From the NCBI GenBank assembly GCA_963833225.1, contig CAWHXD010000019.1, positions 256,001 through 320,000 on the forward strand: a stretch of DNA of 64,000 nucleotides, in the 5' to 3' direction. The stretch is from an uncultured Chloroflexia bacterium (GTDB lineage Bacteria > Chloroflexota > Limnocylindria > Limnocylindrales > CSP1-4). The notes beneath the pieces are model-generated. The model saw nothing but the letters and a program-made list of their open reading frames with translations. It did no database searches and was not told the DNA's origin. Positions 53,047-62,809 of the stretch are shown here, piece after piece. Numbering within the stretch: position 1 is the first letter of the stretch; every line of letters begins with the position of its first letter. Made by a program: the position numbers and the translations under genes.

Positions 53047-55245
53047 CCGCCCGTCTCCCACAACCCGCGCACGTCGTAGATCCGGATCGGACCAGCGTCA
53101 AGGACCACGCTCACCCCGGGTTGAGCCGCCCATTTCGTCAGCCCGTCCAGCCGTCAGGCCCTTGTCCGCGAGGTCGGTCGGTTCGCCCGCCTCGAAGAAC
53201 GACCTGGTGAACGGATCCACGCCGACCAGTCGGAGGTCGACGACCAGGTAGTCGATGTGTCCGGCCGCAAGGATGTCCAGCGCCTTGGTGTCCACGACCG
53301 GTTCGGTGAACAGGCGCCACGTGGAGAGCCCGTCCCTGAACACGGTGACGGCGTCCTGCCGGCCATAGCTGCCCATGAGGATCCGGTTGATCCGGTCGGC
53401 GACGATCCGGTTGTCGGGGCCGAGGTGGTCGAGTGCCCACACGGCCGCCAGCTTTCCGTTGGGCTCGATCGACCGTGGGTCCGCGGAGGCAAGATAGGGC
53501 CCGGGCTGCCGGGCCCAGGCCGGCGTGCCGATGACGACGCTGCCGCCCAGCAGGACCAGGAATGCCAGCACGCCCGCGGCGTTGAGCCATCGCAGCCGCT
53601 GGGGAGACAGCGCGGCATGGATGGTCGGGGCGACACGGCGGAGCGGTGCCCGCCAGTCGGCGATGACCACGAGACCGGCGAGCAGCCCGACACCGAGGAA
53701 CACGAACTCCGGGGTGCGGGTGGCTTCCTCGGAGCCGCGCTGGCTCAGGCGGAGGAGGAGGGTCACCGGATAGGTGGCCGCCACGAGCCCGAGGGTGACC
53801 GCCAGCGGCACTCGTCGGAACGCGCGCCACAGGCGCCACAGCCCGAGTGGCAGCACTGCGAGCACGATCAGGACGCTCGCGTAGGCAAGGAACCGTTCCC
53901 AGGGGGCGGCGAGACCACTGGGCGGCCCGGCGAACAGCTCCCGCACCTGTGTCTGGCCGGTGAGCAGCCCGATCAGCTCGAGCGCGTCGGCGAAGCGGGG
54001 CCCCAGGTACGGGATCGTCTCGCTGGCGACGAAGATGATCCAGCCGGCGATGAACGCGATCATGGCCACGAACAGCGTTGCCGGCGCACGCCACGAGGAC
54101 CTGGGCATGCCGCGCATCCTGGTGATCAGGGCCCAGCCACCCAGGATCCCGGTGAGCACGTAGGCGGTCAGGTGATGGCTGACCACGACCCCGAACCCGA
54201 CGACAGCCGTGGCGATCAGGCCTCGCCAGCGCGAGCCATACGAGGATGCGAGCCCGAGCACGAGCACCGTCAGGGCGATCCCCAGCGACTCGTAGCTGAA
54301 CTGCGCGTTGAAGTAGAGGAACTGCGGGTTCGCCGCGTACACGAGCACGCCGACGCCGGCGGCCCGGTGGCTGGTCGTGAGCCGCTCGTACAGCAGGAAC
54401 AGCCCGACCACCACGATCAGGCGGGCCGCGCCGACGATCACCAGGCCGGCGTCGTACACGCTGGCCCCGGTGACGCTGGAGACGACGGACGTCAGGATCT
54501 CCAGGCCGGGGTACAGCGGGCTTGCGGGCAGGAGGGAGTTGTCCCCGAACAGGCGTCCCGTGCGCAGGATGTCCTCCGCCGTCCGCAGGTGCAGGAGCTC
54601 GTCGTAGAAGGTGAACTGCAACGGGTCGTGGATCACCTTCACGAGGTAGAACGCGATTCCCAGGATCGACACCAGCCACAGGCGCTCGCGGCGCGACGTG
54701 CCCTCGCCCAGGAGCCGGACGGCGATCGGTGCCCCGATCACCGCGAGGCCTGCCCAGAAGAGCGGCACGGCGAGGGCCCCTGACGATCGGGCCATCCCGT
54801 CTCCGAGCGCGACGAGCAGCAGCCCCAGGCCCACGAGCACCAGCACCTCGGGCGTTCTTCCGAGGGTGGGCTTCGCGATGTCGCGCCCGGTGGTCCCGGC
54901 GGTGTCGGCATCGGACTCGTACGGAGGGATGGCCACGCGATCGATGTCGTCGGAACGCCGGGTGGCGGAGGCGGCGGCGATGTCTGTGGCGGGCCCGATC
55001 CCCGGCGGCGTTGCGCCCTCGGCCCCGGTGGTCCGCGCGCGTCGCTGGCGGGGGGGCTTCGGCGTGGACGCCTCGGCGACCTCGGGGTCCGCATCTCGCC
55101 CGGCAGCGCTCGAGATCGGGCCGGGCAGCTGGCCGGCCTCAACCTGTGGGTCGCCGGACCCCTTCGCCCGGACGCGTCGCCGGGGTCTGGGGGCGGGATC
55201 GCCGGGCACGTCGGCAGGCTCGGGACCCTGGGTCGGATCGGTCAT
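53043..55245 (-). CDS. Polytopic membrane protein, GT-C/Wzy-like (frameshift near 53148)
   Basis: FYDELLH, YPGLEIL, YAANPQFLYFNAQFSYESLG and more than 10 TMs; C-terminus continues in another frame (GLTKWAAQPGVSVVLDAGPIRIYDV...) to a TGA overlapping the next ATG. Confidence 0.7.
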
Positions 55246-56411
55246 GCCGGCTCGTCATCGCGCGCGGTCGCCGGTACCATGCGGCCGCGCTTCGCCAGCA
55301 CGGCCCGGTACACGTCCAGCGTCGCACTCACCACCTCGCCCCAGCCGCGCAACCGAGGCGGCGCGAGCCGGTCCCGGCGGCGGCCGGATGCCAGGATGGC
55401 CGCGGCGATCTCGCCGGGGGCAGCGTCGACGCTCACGAGGCGCAGCCAGTCCGCAGGCAGCTCGTGCGCCTGCTCCCTGTGGGCGGGGATGTCGCTCGCC
55501 ACGACGGCAGCACCCGCTGACACCGCTTCCAGCACCGTCAGCCCGAACGCCTCCTCCCTGGACAGCGTGACGAACGCGTCGGCTCCACGGTACCAGTGCC
55601 GGAGCTCGTCGTCGGTGATCCGACCCAGGATGCGGACGCGCTGCTCGACGCCAGCGGCCACTGCCGCGGCGCGGAGCGCGTCCTCGGCCGGCCCTGACCC
55701 GAACACGATCAGCTCGTGATCGGGCAGGTGAGCCATGGTCTCGACCACCCGGTCAACCTGCTTGTAGGTCTCGAGACGCCCACCGGCCAGCACGACTGGT
55801 CGCCCGTCGCGCGGGACATCGGCGGTCCGTGCCGGGACCGACGACGCGTCGGCTGGCGGCGAGGCATCCACGCCGTGGGGAATCACCGTGATCGGCAGCT
55901 CGGACCCGAAGTGTGCCCGGAGGAGGTCCGCTTCGGCATGCGAACAGGCGATCACGGCGTCCGCGTTGCGGACCATCCACGCACCGGCGAACCGGTACGG
56001 CCGGTGCAGCAGCGACCGCGCCGGCGTGTGTCCGGTGCCGTGGTAGTGGGGCGTCAGGACCAGGGGTCGGCCGCCGAGTCGTGCCACCGCTGCAGCCATC
56101 AGCGCCAGGGGCGTGTGGTAGGAGTGCGCGTGGAACAGGTCTGCCTCGCGGGCGTGCTGCACCAGCCAGGCACCGAGGCCCGGCGACAGGAAGAACACGT
56201 CATCGTGGACCAGGGTGCCGAAGCGGTGGACCGTGACCCCGTCGTGGACGGCAACGGGCGGAAGCGTCGCCGTCGGGTCGGTGGTGGCGATCTCGAGCTG
56301 CACTCCCCGTGATCGGAGGCCGCGTGCGAGCGCCGCCACGTGCCGCTCGACGCCACCGAGGGCCGGTGCGTAGCGGGGCGTGACCATGAGGATCCGGGCG
56401 GGCCTGGTCAC
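55242..56411 (-). CDS. GT4 glycosyltransferase
   Basis: YAPALGGVE, HAHSYH, GRLETYKQV, SREEAFGLTVLEA, ASDIPAHRE. Confidence 0.9.
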   Translation of the reverse strand: MTRPARILMVTPRYAPALGGVERHVAALARGLRSRGVQLEIATTDPTATLPPVAVHDGVTVHRFGTLVHDDVFFLSPGLGAWLVQHAREADLFHAHSYHTPLALMAAAVARLGGRPLVLTPHYHGTGHTPARSLLHRPYRFAGAWMVRNADAVIACSHAEADLLRAHFGSELPITVIPHGVDASPPADASSVPARTADVPRDGRPVVLAGGRLETYKQVDRVVETMAHLPDHELIVFGSGPAEDALRAAAVAAGVEQRVRILGRITDDELRHWYRGADAFVTLSREEAFGLTVLEAVSAGAAVVASDIPAHREQAHELPADWLRLVSVDAAPGEIAAAILASGRRRDRLAPPRLRGWGEVVSATLDVYRAVLAKRGRMVPATARDDEPA

Positions 56412-57676
56412 GTGACCGGCCCTCCGCGTCCCGCGTCCCCGGGGTCGGCTGTCCGACCGCGGTCCAGCCGGTCGAACAGGGCGTCATAGGCGTCGACCGT
56501 CTGGGACCACGAGTGGGGGTGGGGATACCGTTCATCGCCACGCGTCGCCAGGTCGAGGATCGCCGCCCGCAGCGCGGGGACGTCGTCTGGCGGAACCACG
56601 ATCAGGCCGCCGTAGCCTGCCGCCCCCTCGGGGTTGCCACCGACGCTGGTGATGACGACCGGGAGACCGTACCCCATCGCCACGTGGAGCGGACCGCTGA
56701 GCGATGAGCGCTTGTACGGCAGCACGACGGCATCCGCTCCGCGCAGGTAGCCATCAAGCTCGTCGTCGTGGACGTACCGGTTGACGAAGGTGATCCGATC
56801 GCGATGGCGGCTGCGGGCGATCAGGTCGGACGGGAGCGTCCAGCCCTCCCAGGTCTCACCGACGACCGTCAGCCAGTAGCGGGAAGCCTCGTCGGGCTCG
56901 AGCGAGTCGAACGCCGCGACAAGGTCCTCGAGCCCCTTGTAGGGACGGATGATCCCGAAGAACAGCAGGTTCGTCGTGCCCTGGGGTGCCTCCCGAAGGG
57001 GTGGCGCCGAGGGCGTCGTCGCTCCCCGGGCGGCGTGATCGTAGGGCCCGTGGGGGAGGACGGCGATCGGCCGGTGGCGCCCGATGCGGTAGGTCGAGCG
57101 AACCAGGTCGCGGTCGTGGGTGGAGTGGACCGCAAACGCCGAGGCGATCCCCAGGACCAGGGGGGCGATCGCGCGCACGTAGGTCTGGGCGAGGCCGATG
57201 CGCGCTTCACCCGTGTCGAGCACCTCGTGGAACTCGATCACGACCTGTTTCCTTGCCAGGCGGGCGGCGAGCGCCAGCGCCAGGTAGGTGTGCAGCACCG
57301 TCCCGGTCCACCACTGGAGCACCACGACGTCGGGTTGCCGGCGTGCCAGGAACCAGAGGGCGCGCAGGAGGCTCGGCATCCAGTACCAGTTGACGCCGTC
57401 GAACTGATCCACCTGGGGCGAGACGCGCACGCCCGCCAGCGGCTGGCCCACCCGATCTCGTCCCGGATACAGACGCCGTGGCAACAGGTCGCGCATGGTC
57501 ACGATGCTGACCACGTGACGCTCGGCGAGGGCATTGGCAAGGTGGATCGTGTAGACGCTGATCCCACTGAGGTATCGCGTCCCGGACCCGACCACGCACA
57601 CGCGCACGGGTGCCGGCTCGCGTGTGCCGCTGTCGGACGCGGTCATGTCCGGCGCGCGGCTGGTTGACGGATTCAA
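56408..57676 (-). CDS. GT4 glycosyltransferase
   Basis: SGISVYT, LQWWT, LLFFGIIRPYKGLEDL, VVLPYKRSSLSG, VGGNPE. Start may be ATG 57646. Confidence 0.88.
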   Translation of the reverse strand: MNPSTSRAPDMTASDSGTREPAPVRVCVVGSGTRYLSGISVYTIHLANALAERHVVSIVTMRDLLPRRLYPGRDRVGQPLAGVRVSPQVDQFDGVNWYWMPSLLRALWFLARRQPDVVVLQWWTGTVLHTYLALALAARLARKQVVIEFHEVLDTGEARIGLAQTYVRAIAPLVLGIASAFAVHSTHDRDLVRSTYRIGRHRPIAVLPHGPYDHAARGATTPSAPPLREAPQGTTNLLFFGIIRPYKGLEDLVAAFDSLEPDEASRYWLTVVGETWEGWTLPSDLIARSRHRDRITFVNRYVHDDELDGYLRGADAVVLPYKRSSLSGPLHVAMGYGLPVVITSVGGNPEGAAGYGGLIVVPPDDVPALRAAILDLATRGDERYPHPHSWSQTVDAYDALFDRLDRGRTADPGDAGRGGPVT

Positions 57677-58103
57677 CGGCGTTTCACTGGCGCGTTCTCG
57701 CTCCCATCAGGTGCCGATAAGCGGGCGCTAAGCCGCAGGCAGGCGGCACCACGCATCATCGGGCATCTCGTCGGCGATCGCACTCTCATGGGCCCAAGTG
57801 GTGACCGCGGACACCGCCGTTCTTCGAGCGTCCGACACGGCCCCGGCAATTCGAGCACGGACCGCGTTTTCCGTACGGGGGACGACCGGACTATCTCGTT
57901 ACACCGCTGGTTCGTGCTCCAGGCGCAGGCTCGCTATACGAGCAGTTCCGCCCCTCACACGAGTTCGTGAGTCCCAAGTCGCCCCGCGCCAGACGCGGGC
58001 GGTCCGAGGGCCGGACGGCACACGCAACTGGAGCAACCCGGTGACCTTCACACGACGACGCACAGGTCGGCAGCCCGACCGACGAAACGGACGAACTGGC
58101 GCA

Positions 58104-60209
58104 ATGCAGCGTCGATCAGCGTGGAGCCTGCTGGTGCTCTCGCTGCTCGTCATGGCGCTCGTGGTGCCGGCAGCCGCCCTGGCGAAGTCGACACCGACGC
58201 GTAGCCGGGTCCCGGACGCCCAGCCGGCGAGGACGCCGCAGCTTGCGGTCAAGCCCGGGACGGCCGAGACCGGAAGCTCAGTCACGGTCGCGGGATCGCA
58301 ATTCCCGTTTGCCCAGGCAGGGCTGCTCGTGGTTGATGGGCGTCGGGGCCAGGCGGTGGCCTACAAGGTCAATCGCCGGGGAGCGTTCCGGGTCAAGCTC
58401 ACTATCCCCGGGTCTGCGGGCCCGGGCAAGGTGGAGGTGGTGGCCGTTGTGACCGTCGACGGCGTCGACGCTGATATCGCGGTCGTGTCCTTGATGGTCA
58501 CGCCCGGCCCGACGCCCTCACCCACGCCACGGCCGACGCCCTCACCCACGCCACGGCCAACGGCCACGCCCACGCCACGGCCAACAGCCACGCCTTCCCC
58601 GCTGCCGACGCCCCCGACCCCCCCGCCGCCGACGCCCTCGGCAACCCCCACGCCGACGCCTGCGCCAACGGCCACACCCACCCCCTCGCCCACGGCGACA
58701 CCCACGGCGACACCCACGCCCACGCCCACGGCGACGCCTTCCCCGCTGCCGACGCCCCCGACGCCGTCCGCGACGCCGTCGCCATCCCTCGCGCCGTCGC
58801 CCACGCCCTCGCCGACGGCGTCACCCTCCCCCACGCCCTCCCCCACGCCATCGCCGAGCGAAGACCCGACACCCTCGCCCAGCGCGACGCCCGTCTCGGG
58901 GGCCTACTACGTGACGACCAGCGGATCCGACTCGGCGAGCGGATCGGCTGCGGCTCCGTGGCGAACACTCCAGAAGGCCGCCGACAGCGTGCCCGCGGGC
59001 GGCACGGTGTACGTTCGCGCGGGGACCTACACGGGGTTCAGCACGTCGCGGTCTGGTGCATCGAGCAGCTCTCCGACCCGCTTCCTCGCCTACCCGGGCG
59101 ACGCCCGTCCCGTGATCGCGGGTAACGGCCGTCTCGACGTGGTCAAGTTCAACGCCAACCACGACCTGGTGATCCAGGGCTTCGTGATCCAGGGGGCGGC
59201 CGGTGGCACGGGCTCGGGCGCCGGGATCCGGACCGAGAACGGCGCCAGCCGGATCACGATCCGCGACAACGTCATCCAGGACAACCGCTCCTACGGTGTG
59301 AACCTGTGCAGCTCCTCGAGCATCACGGTCGAGGACAACGAGATCACCCGCAACGAGGAGGGCGTCCAGGTGTCCCGTGGCGGAGCGGGCATCGTGATCA
59401 CGAACAACCGGATCCACCACCAGGACAAGCTGGTCGTCAACACCGCATCGCCCACGGGCGATGACCACGGTGCCGTCGGGATCTCCCTGGTGCGGACGAC
59501 CGGAGCGGTGAGCGTCACCAACAACCTGCTGTGGGGCAACCGCGCGGCCAGCTACGACTACGGCTGGGACGGCGGGGCGTTCGAGATCTACAGCGCCAGC
59601 TACGTGACGATCGCCTACAACACGACGTGGGACAACGAGAACGTCATCGAGACCGGCGGCGACGGCACGATGGGCTGCACCGCCAACTCCTTCCACCACA
59701 ACACGAGCTATGGGGCGGTGACGCAGGGTCGGTCATTCGGCATGTTCCTGCGCTGCGGAGCCGACATGGTGATCGCCCACAACGTGCTCTACAACCTCGA
59801 TGGCTTTGCGTTCAGCGTCGACGCATCCGGGTCGGGCTACGGTGACTCGATCGCCGGGCTGCGCATCCAGGACAACGTCGCCGTGATGGCCACCGGCAAG
59901 GTCATCGGCATCGAGAGCTCCCTGCCGGCCTCCGTCATCATCGACAACAACCTGTTCTGGAACAGCTCTGGCGGCTACATCGCGAGCGTGACCGGCAAGG
60001 GCTCGACATCCAGCCTGGCGACCTTCACCTCGTGGACAGGTCGCATGGGGTCCGGGATCAGCTCGGATCCGAAGTTCATGAGCGGCTCCGGTGGCGACTT
60101 CCGCCTGCGGGCCACGTCGCCGGCGATCGACACGGGAGTCATGGTCCTGCCCGGCACGCCATACTCCGGCGCCGCGCCGGACATGGGACGGTACGAGACC
60201 ACACCCTGA
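58104..60209 (+). CDS. Secreted beta-helix protein with long Pro/Thr linker
   Basis: Signal peptide [16 protein letters not shown]; Ig-like segment; ~130-aa PT linker; [14 protein letters not shown]...PWRTLQKAA, beta-helix, [22 protein letters not shown]. Confidence 0.8.
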   Translation: MQRRSAWSLLVLSLLVMALVVPAAALAKSTPTRSRVPDAQPARTPQLAVKPGTAETGSSVTVAGSQFPFAQAGLLVVDGRRGQAVAYKVNRRGAFRVKLTIPGSAGPGKVEVVAVVTVDGVDADIAVVSLMVTPGPTPSPTPRPTPSPTPRPTATPTPRPTATPSPLPTPPTPPPPTPSATPTPTPAPTATPTPSPTATPTATPTPTPTATPSPLPTPPTPSATPSPSLAPSPTPSPTASPSPTPSPTPSPSEDPTPSPSATPVSGAYYVTTSGSDSASGSAAAPWRTLQKAADSVPAGGTVYVRAGTYTGFSTSRSGASSSSPTRFLAYPGDARPVIAGNGRLDVVKFNANHDLVIQGFVIQGAAGGTGSGAGIRTENGASRITIRDNVIQDNRSYGVNLCSSSSITVEDNEITRNEEGVQVSRGGAGIVITNNRIHHQDKLVVNTASPTGDDHGAVGISLVRTTGAVSVTNNLLWGNRAASYDYGWDGGAFEIYSASYVTIAYNTTWDNENVIETGGDGTMGCTANSFHHNTSYGAVTQGRSFGMFLRCGADMVIAHNVLYNLDGFAFSVDASGSGYGDSIAGLRIQDNVAVMATGKVIGIESSLPASVIIDNNLFWNSSGGYIASVTGKGSTSSLATFTSWTGRMGSGISSDPKFMSGSGGDFRLRATSPAIDTGVMVLPGTPYSGAAPDMGRYETTP
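58500..58892 (+). repeat. Low-complexity Pro/Thr/Ser linker repeat
   Basis: Repeated ccgacgccctc / cccacgccac units encoding (TP/SP/AT)n. Confidence 0.85.
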
Positions 60210-60233
60210 TCGGAGGGCCGCTGGCCCGCCCTG

Positions 60234-60962
60234 CTAGGAAACGGTATCGCCCGGTCGCCAGTCGATCACGTCCGCGGTCCCACCGCGGGCGGTGATCGCG
60301 TCCCGGAGCTGTGCCGGCGTTCCGGCGAGGATCGGGAACGTGCCCCAGTGGATCGGGAGCACGTGGCGCACGCCCAGCAGCTCCGTTGCCAGCGCCGCGC
60401 CTTCCGGGTCCATCGTGAAGTGCCCGCCGATCGGCAGCATCGCGAGATCCGGGCGGAACAGGTCGCGGATGAGCGTCATGTCGCCGAACACGGCGGTGTC
60501 GCCCGCGTGATAGATCCGGAACCCGTTCTCCAGCTCCACGACGAACCCGGCCGGCTCGCCCAGGTACAGCGTCGTTTCCCCGCCGGGGTTCCAGTCGCCC
60601 GCAGAGTGATCCGCGCCGGTCATCGAGACCCGCAGCCCCGCGGCCTCCAGGGTGCCGCCCTTGTTCATCCCGGTGACCTGGTCGGATCCGCCCGGGAGCC
60701 GCCGCGAGAGCCACAGGCTCATCTCGTGGATGCACGGCCAGGCGGGACGCAGCCGGGCGGCGAGGGCGATCGCGTCACCCATGTGATCGCCGTGCCCGTG
60801 GGTGACGAGGAGCAGGTCGCACCGGTCGACGGTGTCGGCCGATCGCGGGCTCATGGGGTTGCCCAGCCATGGATCGAACAGGATGACCTTGCCCCCCGGC
60901 GTCCGGACCTCGACGGCCGCATGGCCCAGCCAGGTGAACGAGGTGTCTCGACCGATCGCCAT
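60234..60962 (-). CDS. Metallo-beta-lactamase-fold metal-dependent hydrolase (UPF0173-like)
   Basis: WLGHAA, THGHGDH, MNKGG, ADHS, YHAGDT, LPIGGHFTM, PIHWGTF. Confidence 0.9.
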   Translation of the reverse strand: MAIGRDTSFTWLGHAAVEVRTPGGKVILFDPWLGNPMSPRSADTVDRCDLLLVTHGHGDHMGDAIALAARLRPAWPCIHEMSLWLSRRLPGGSDQVTGMNKGGTLEAAGLRVSMTGADHSAGDWNPGGETTLYLGEPAGFVVELENGFRIYHAGDTAVFGDMTLIRDLFRPDLAMLPIGGHFTMDPEGAALATELLGVRHVLPIHWGTFPILAGTPAQLRDAITARGGTADVIDWRPGDTVS

Positions 60963-61069
60963 CGAAGGATCCTCCTGCCGGCCCGCGCGCTCGCTGGAAG
61001 GGCGGGTGCTGTCCGATCAGTATGGCCCCGCACCAGGTTCCACGACGAGGTGCGGATACACTCGCGCTC

Positions 61070-61924
61070 GTGGCCGCCGAGCAGATCGCCCAGAACCTCG
61101 CGCTGATCAACTGGACGGTTGTGGCCGTGCTCGCCGTCGGCTCCTTCGCCGTGGTCGTGTTCGGCCGGCTCCGGACCGAGGCCACGAAGGGGTACCTGGC
61201 GTTCACCGCCCTGTGCGCCGCGGCGTTCGGCGTGCTGGCCTATCTCTCGGACACGGCGCTGCCGGTGCCGCCGGCGGCGCTCATGGGCACGGTCGGTTCG
61301 CCGATCGTGACCGACCCGGCGTTCGAGGTGCCGAGGCGGGCCGCGCTGCTCGCCTTCACCGCGCTCACGATCGTCACGATGGTCGTGATCGCCCGGGGGG
61401 GCCGGGCGGTGTGGCCGGGTCTCGCGGGGCTGGGCGCGGGGCTCGTGGCGCTGGGCCTGGGTGGCCTCTCCTGGGGAGGGTCCGCAGCCGGTGCGCTGCT
61501 GCTGCTCGTCCAGCTCGTGGCCCTCGCCCTGGCGACCGGCGGGGTGTTCGCCGCCATGATCCTCGGACACTGGTACCTGGTGACGCCCAAGCTGCCCGAG
61601 CGACCCCTGGTGCTCGTCTCCCGCCGCCTGATGTGGGTGGTCGCGATCCAGGTGCTCCTGTTCGCGATCTGGGTGGGCGTTGGGGTGGGGCCGGGATCGC
61701 CTGGCCCGCTCGCGGCGCTCGTGGGGCCGTACGCGCTGTTCGTGTGGCTGCGCCTGCTCGTGGGGCTCGTCTTCCCGCTGGTGGTCTCGTGGGCGGCCGT
61801 CCAGACGGCCAGGTCGCGGTCCATGGAGAGCGCCACCGGGCTTCTCTACATCAACGTCGGTACGATCGCGGCCGGCACCATCCTCGCGGCCGGGCTCTAC
61901 TTCGGCGCCGGGCTGCTGGTCTAG
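61070..61924 (+). CDS. Polytopic membrane protein of unknown function
   Basis: About 8 TMs; AMILGHWYLVTPKL and SMESATGLLY motifs. Start GTG 61070 (or ATG 61022). Confidence 0.65.
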   Translation: MAAEQIAQNLALINWTVVAVLAVGSFAVVVFGRLRTEATKGYLAFTALCAAAFGVLAYLSDTALPVPPAALMGTVGSPIVTDPAFEVPRRAALLAFTALTIVTMVVIARGGRAVWPGLAGLGAGLVALGLGGLSWGGSAAGALLLLVQLVALALATGGVFAAMILGHWYLVTPKLPERPLVLVSRRLMWVVAIQVLLFAIWVGVGVGPGSPGPLAALVGPYALFVWLRLLVGLVFPLVVSWAAVQTARSRSMESATGLLYINVGTIAAGTILAAGLYFGAGLLV

Positions 61925-61944
61925 CGAGGTACCACGGAGGTCTC

Positions 61945-62739
61945 ATGAGCGTCCTTCCCCCGCTCCGGATCCGCGTCCGCCTGTTCGCCATGCAGCGTGA
62001 GAAAGCTGGGACCAAGGAGCTTCGCCTCGAGCTGCCGCTGGGCTCGACCGTGGACGATGCGTGGGCTGCGGTTGTCGAGGTCGTCCCGGTCTTGGCCCCG
62101 GGCCGCTCATCGCTGCGGTTCGCGGTCAACGGCGACTACTCCGACCCGTCGCGGCCGCTGGCCGATGGCGACGAGATCGCGTGCATCCCCCCGGTCAGCG
62201 GCGGATCCGATGCGGCCGACGACGACGCGGCCGACGACGATGCCGATCGCGTGCTCGAGATCCGCGCGGCACCGTTTCCCGCGACCCTGGTTGCCGAGCT
62301 GTCGGACCGGCTGGCCACGGTCGAGGACGGTGGCGTCGTCGCGTTCATCGGCCGAACTCGGATCACGCCAGGCACACCGGCCCCCGGGCAGGAGGCCGAT
62401 GCCGCGACGCACGCCGGTCGTGAGGTCCGGGGTTTGGCGTACGAGGCCTTTGAGCCGATGGCCCTCCACGTGCTGGGCGAGATCGCCGACGAGATCGAGC
62501 AGCGGTTTGGCGTCCGGCGGATCGCGATCATCCACCGGACTGGCGAGGTCCCCCTGGGTGAGACGTCCGTCCTGGTCGTGGCGGCGGCACCCCACCGGGA
62601 CGCCGCCTTCGCCGCCGCCCGGTACGCGATCGACGAGACCAAGGCACGGGCACCGATCTGGAAGGCCGAACGGTTCTCCGACGGGCACGTCTGGATCGGT
62701 GAGGTGGCTCGGACGGGGCCCGCGGACGCAACCCGGTAG
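61945..62739 (+). CDS. Fused molybdopterin synthase MoaD-MoaE (MoaX-like)
   Basis: RVRLFA...FAVNGDY...DGDEIACIPPVSGG (MoaD) then GGVVAFIGRTR, LAYEAFEPMA, HRTG, HRDAAF, KARAPIWKAE (MoaE); GGAGG RBS. Confidence 0.9.
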   Translation: MSVLPPLRIRVRLFAMQREKAGTKELRLELPLGSTVDDAWAAVVEVVPVLAPGRSSLRFAVNGDYSDPSRPLADGDEIACIPPVSGGSDAADDDAADDDADRVLEIRAAPFPATLVAELSDRLATVEDGGVVAFIGRTRITPGTPAPGQEADAATHAGREVRGLAYEAFEPMALHVLGEIADEIEQRFGVRRIAIIHRTGEVPLGETSVLVVAAAPHRDAAFAAARYAIDETKARAPIWKAERFSDGHVWIGEVARTGPADATR

Positions 62740-62809
62740 CCCGACTGGCGACCAACCCGTAACCCAAGGTCGGGATCACGACCGGGCCGCAGGGCGCCAT
62801 ACTTCGGGC

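Noticed and set aside
58500-58892. Possible CRISPR or VNTR array
   Set aside because: Irregular 6-18 bp units with no unique spacers; encodes an in-frame Pro/Thr linker; no cas genes nearby.
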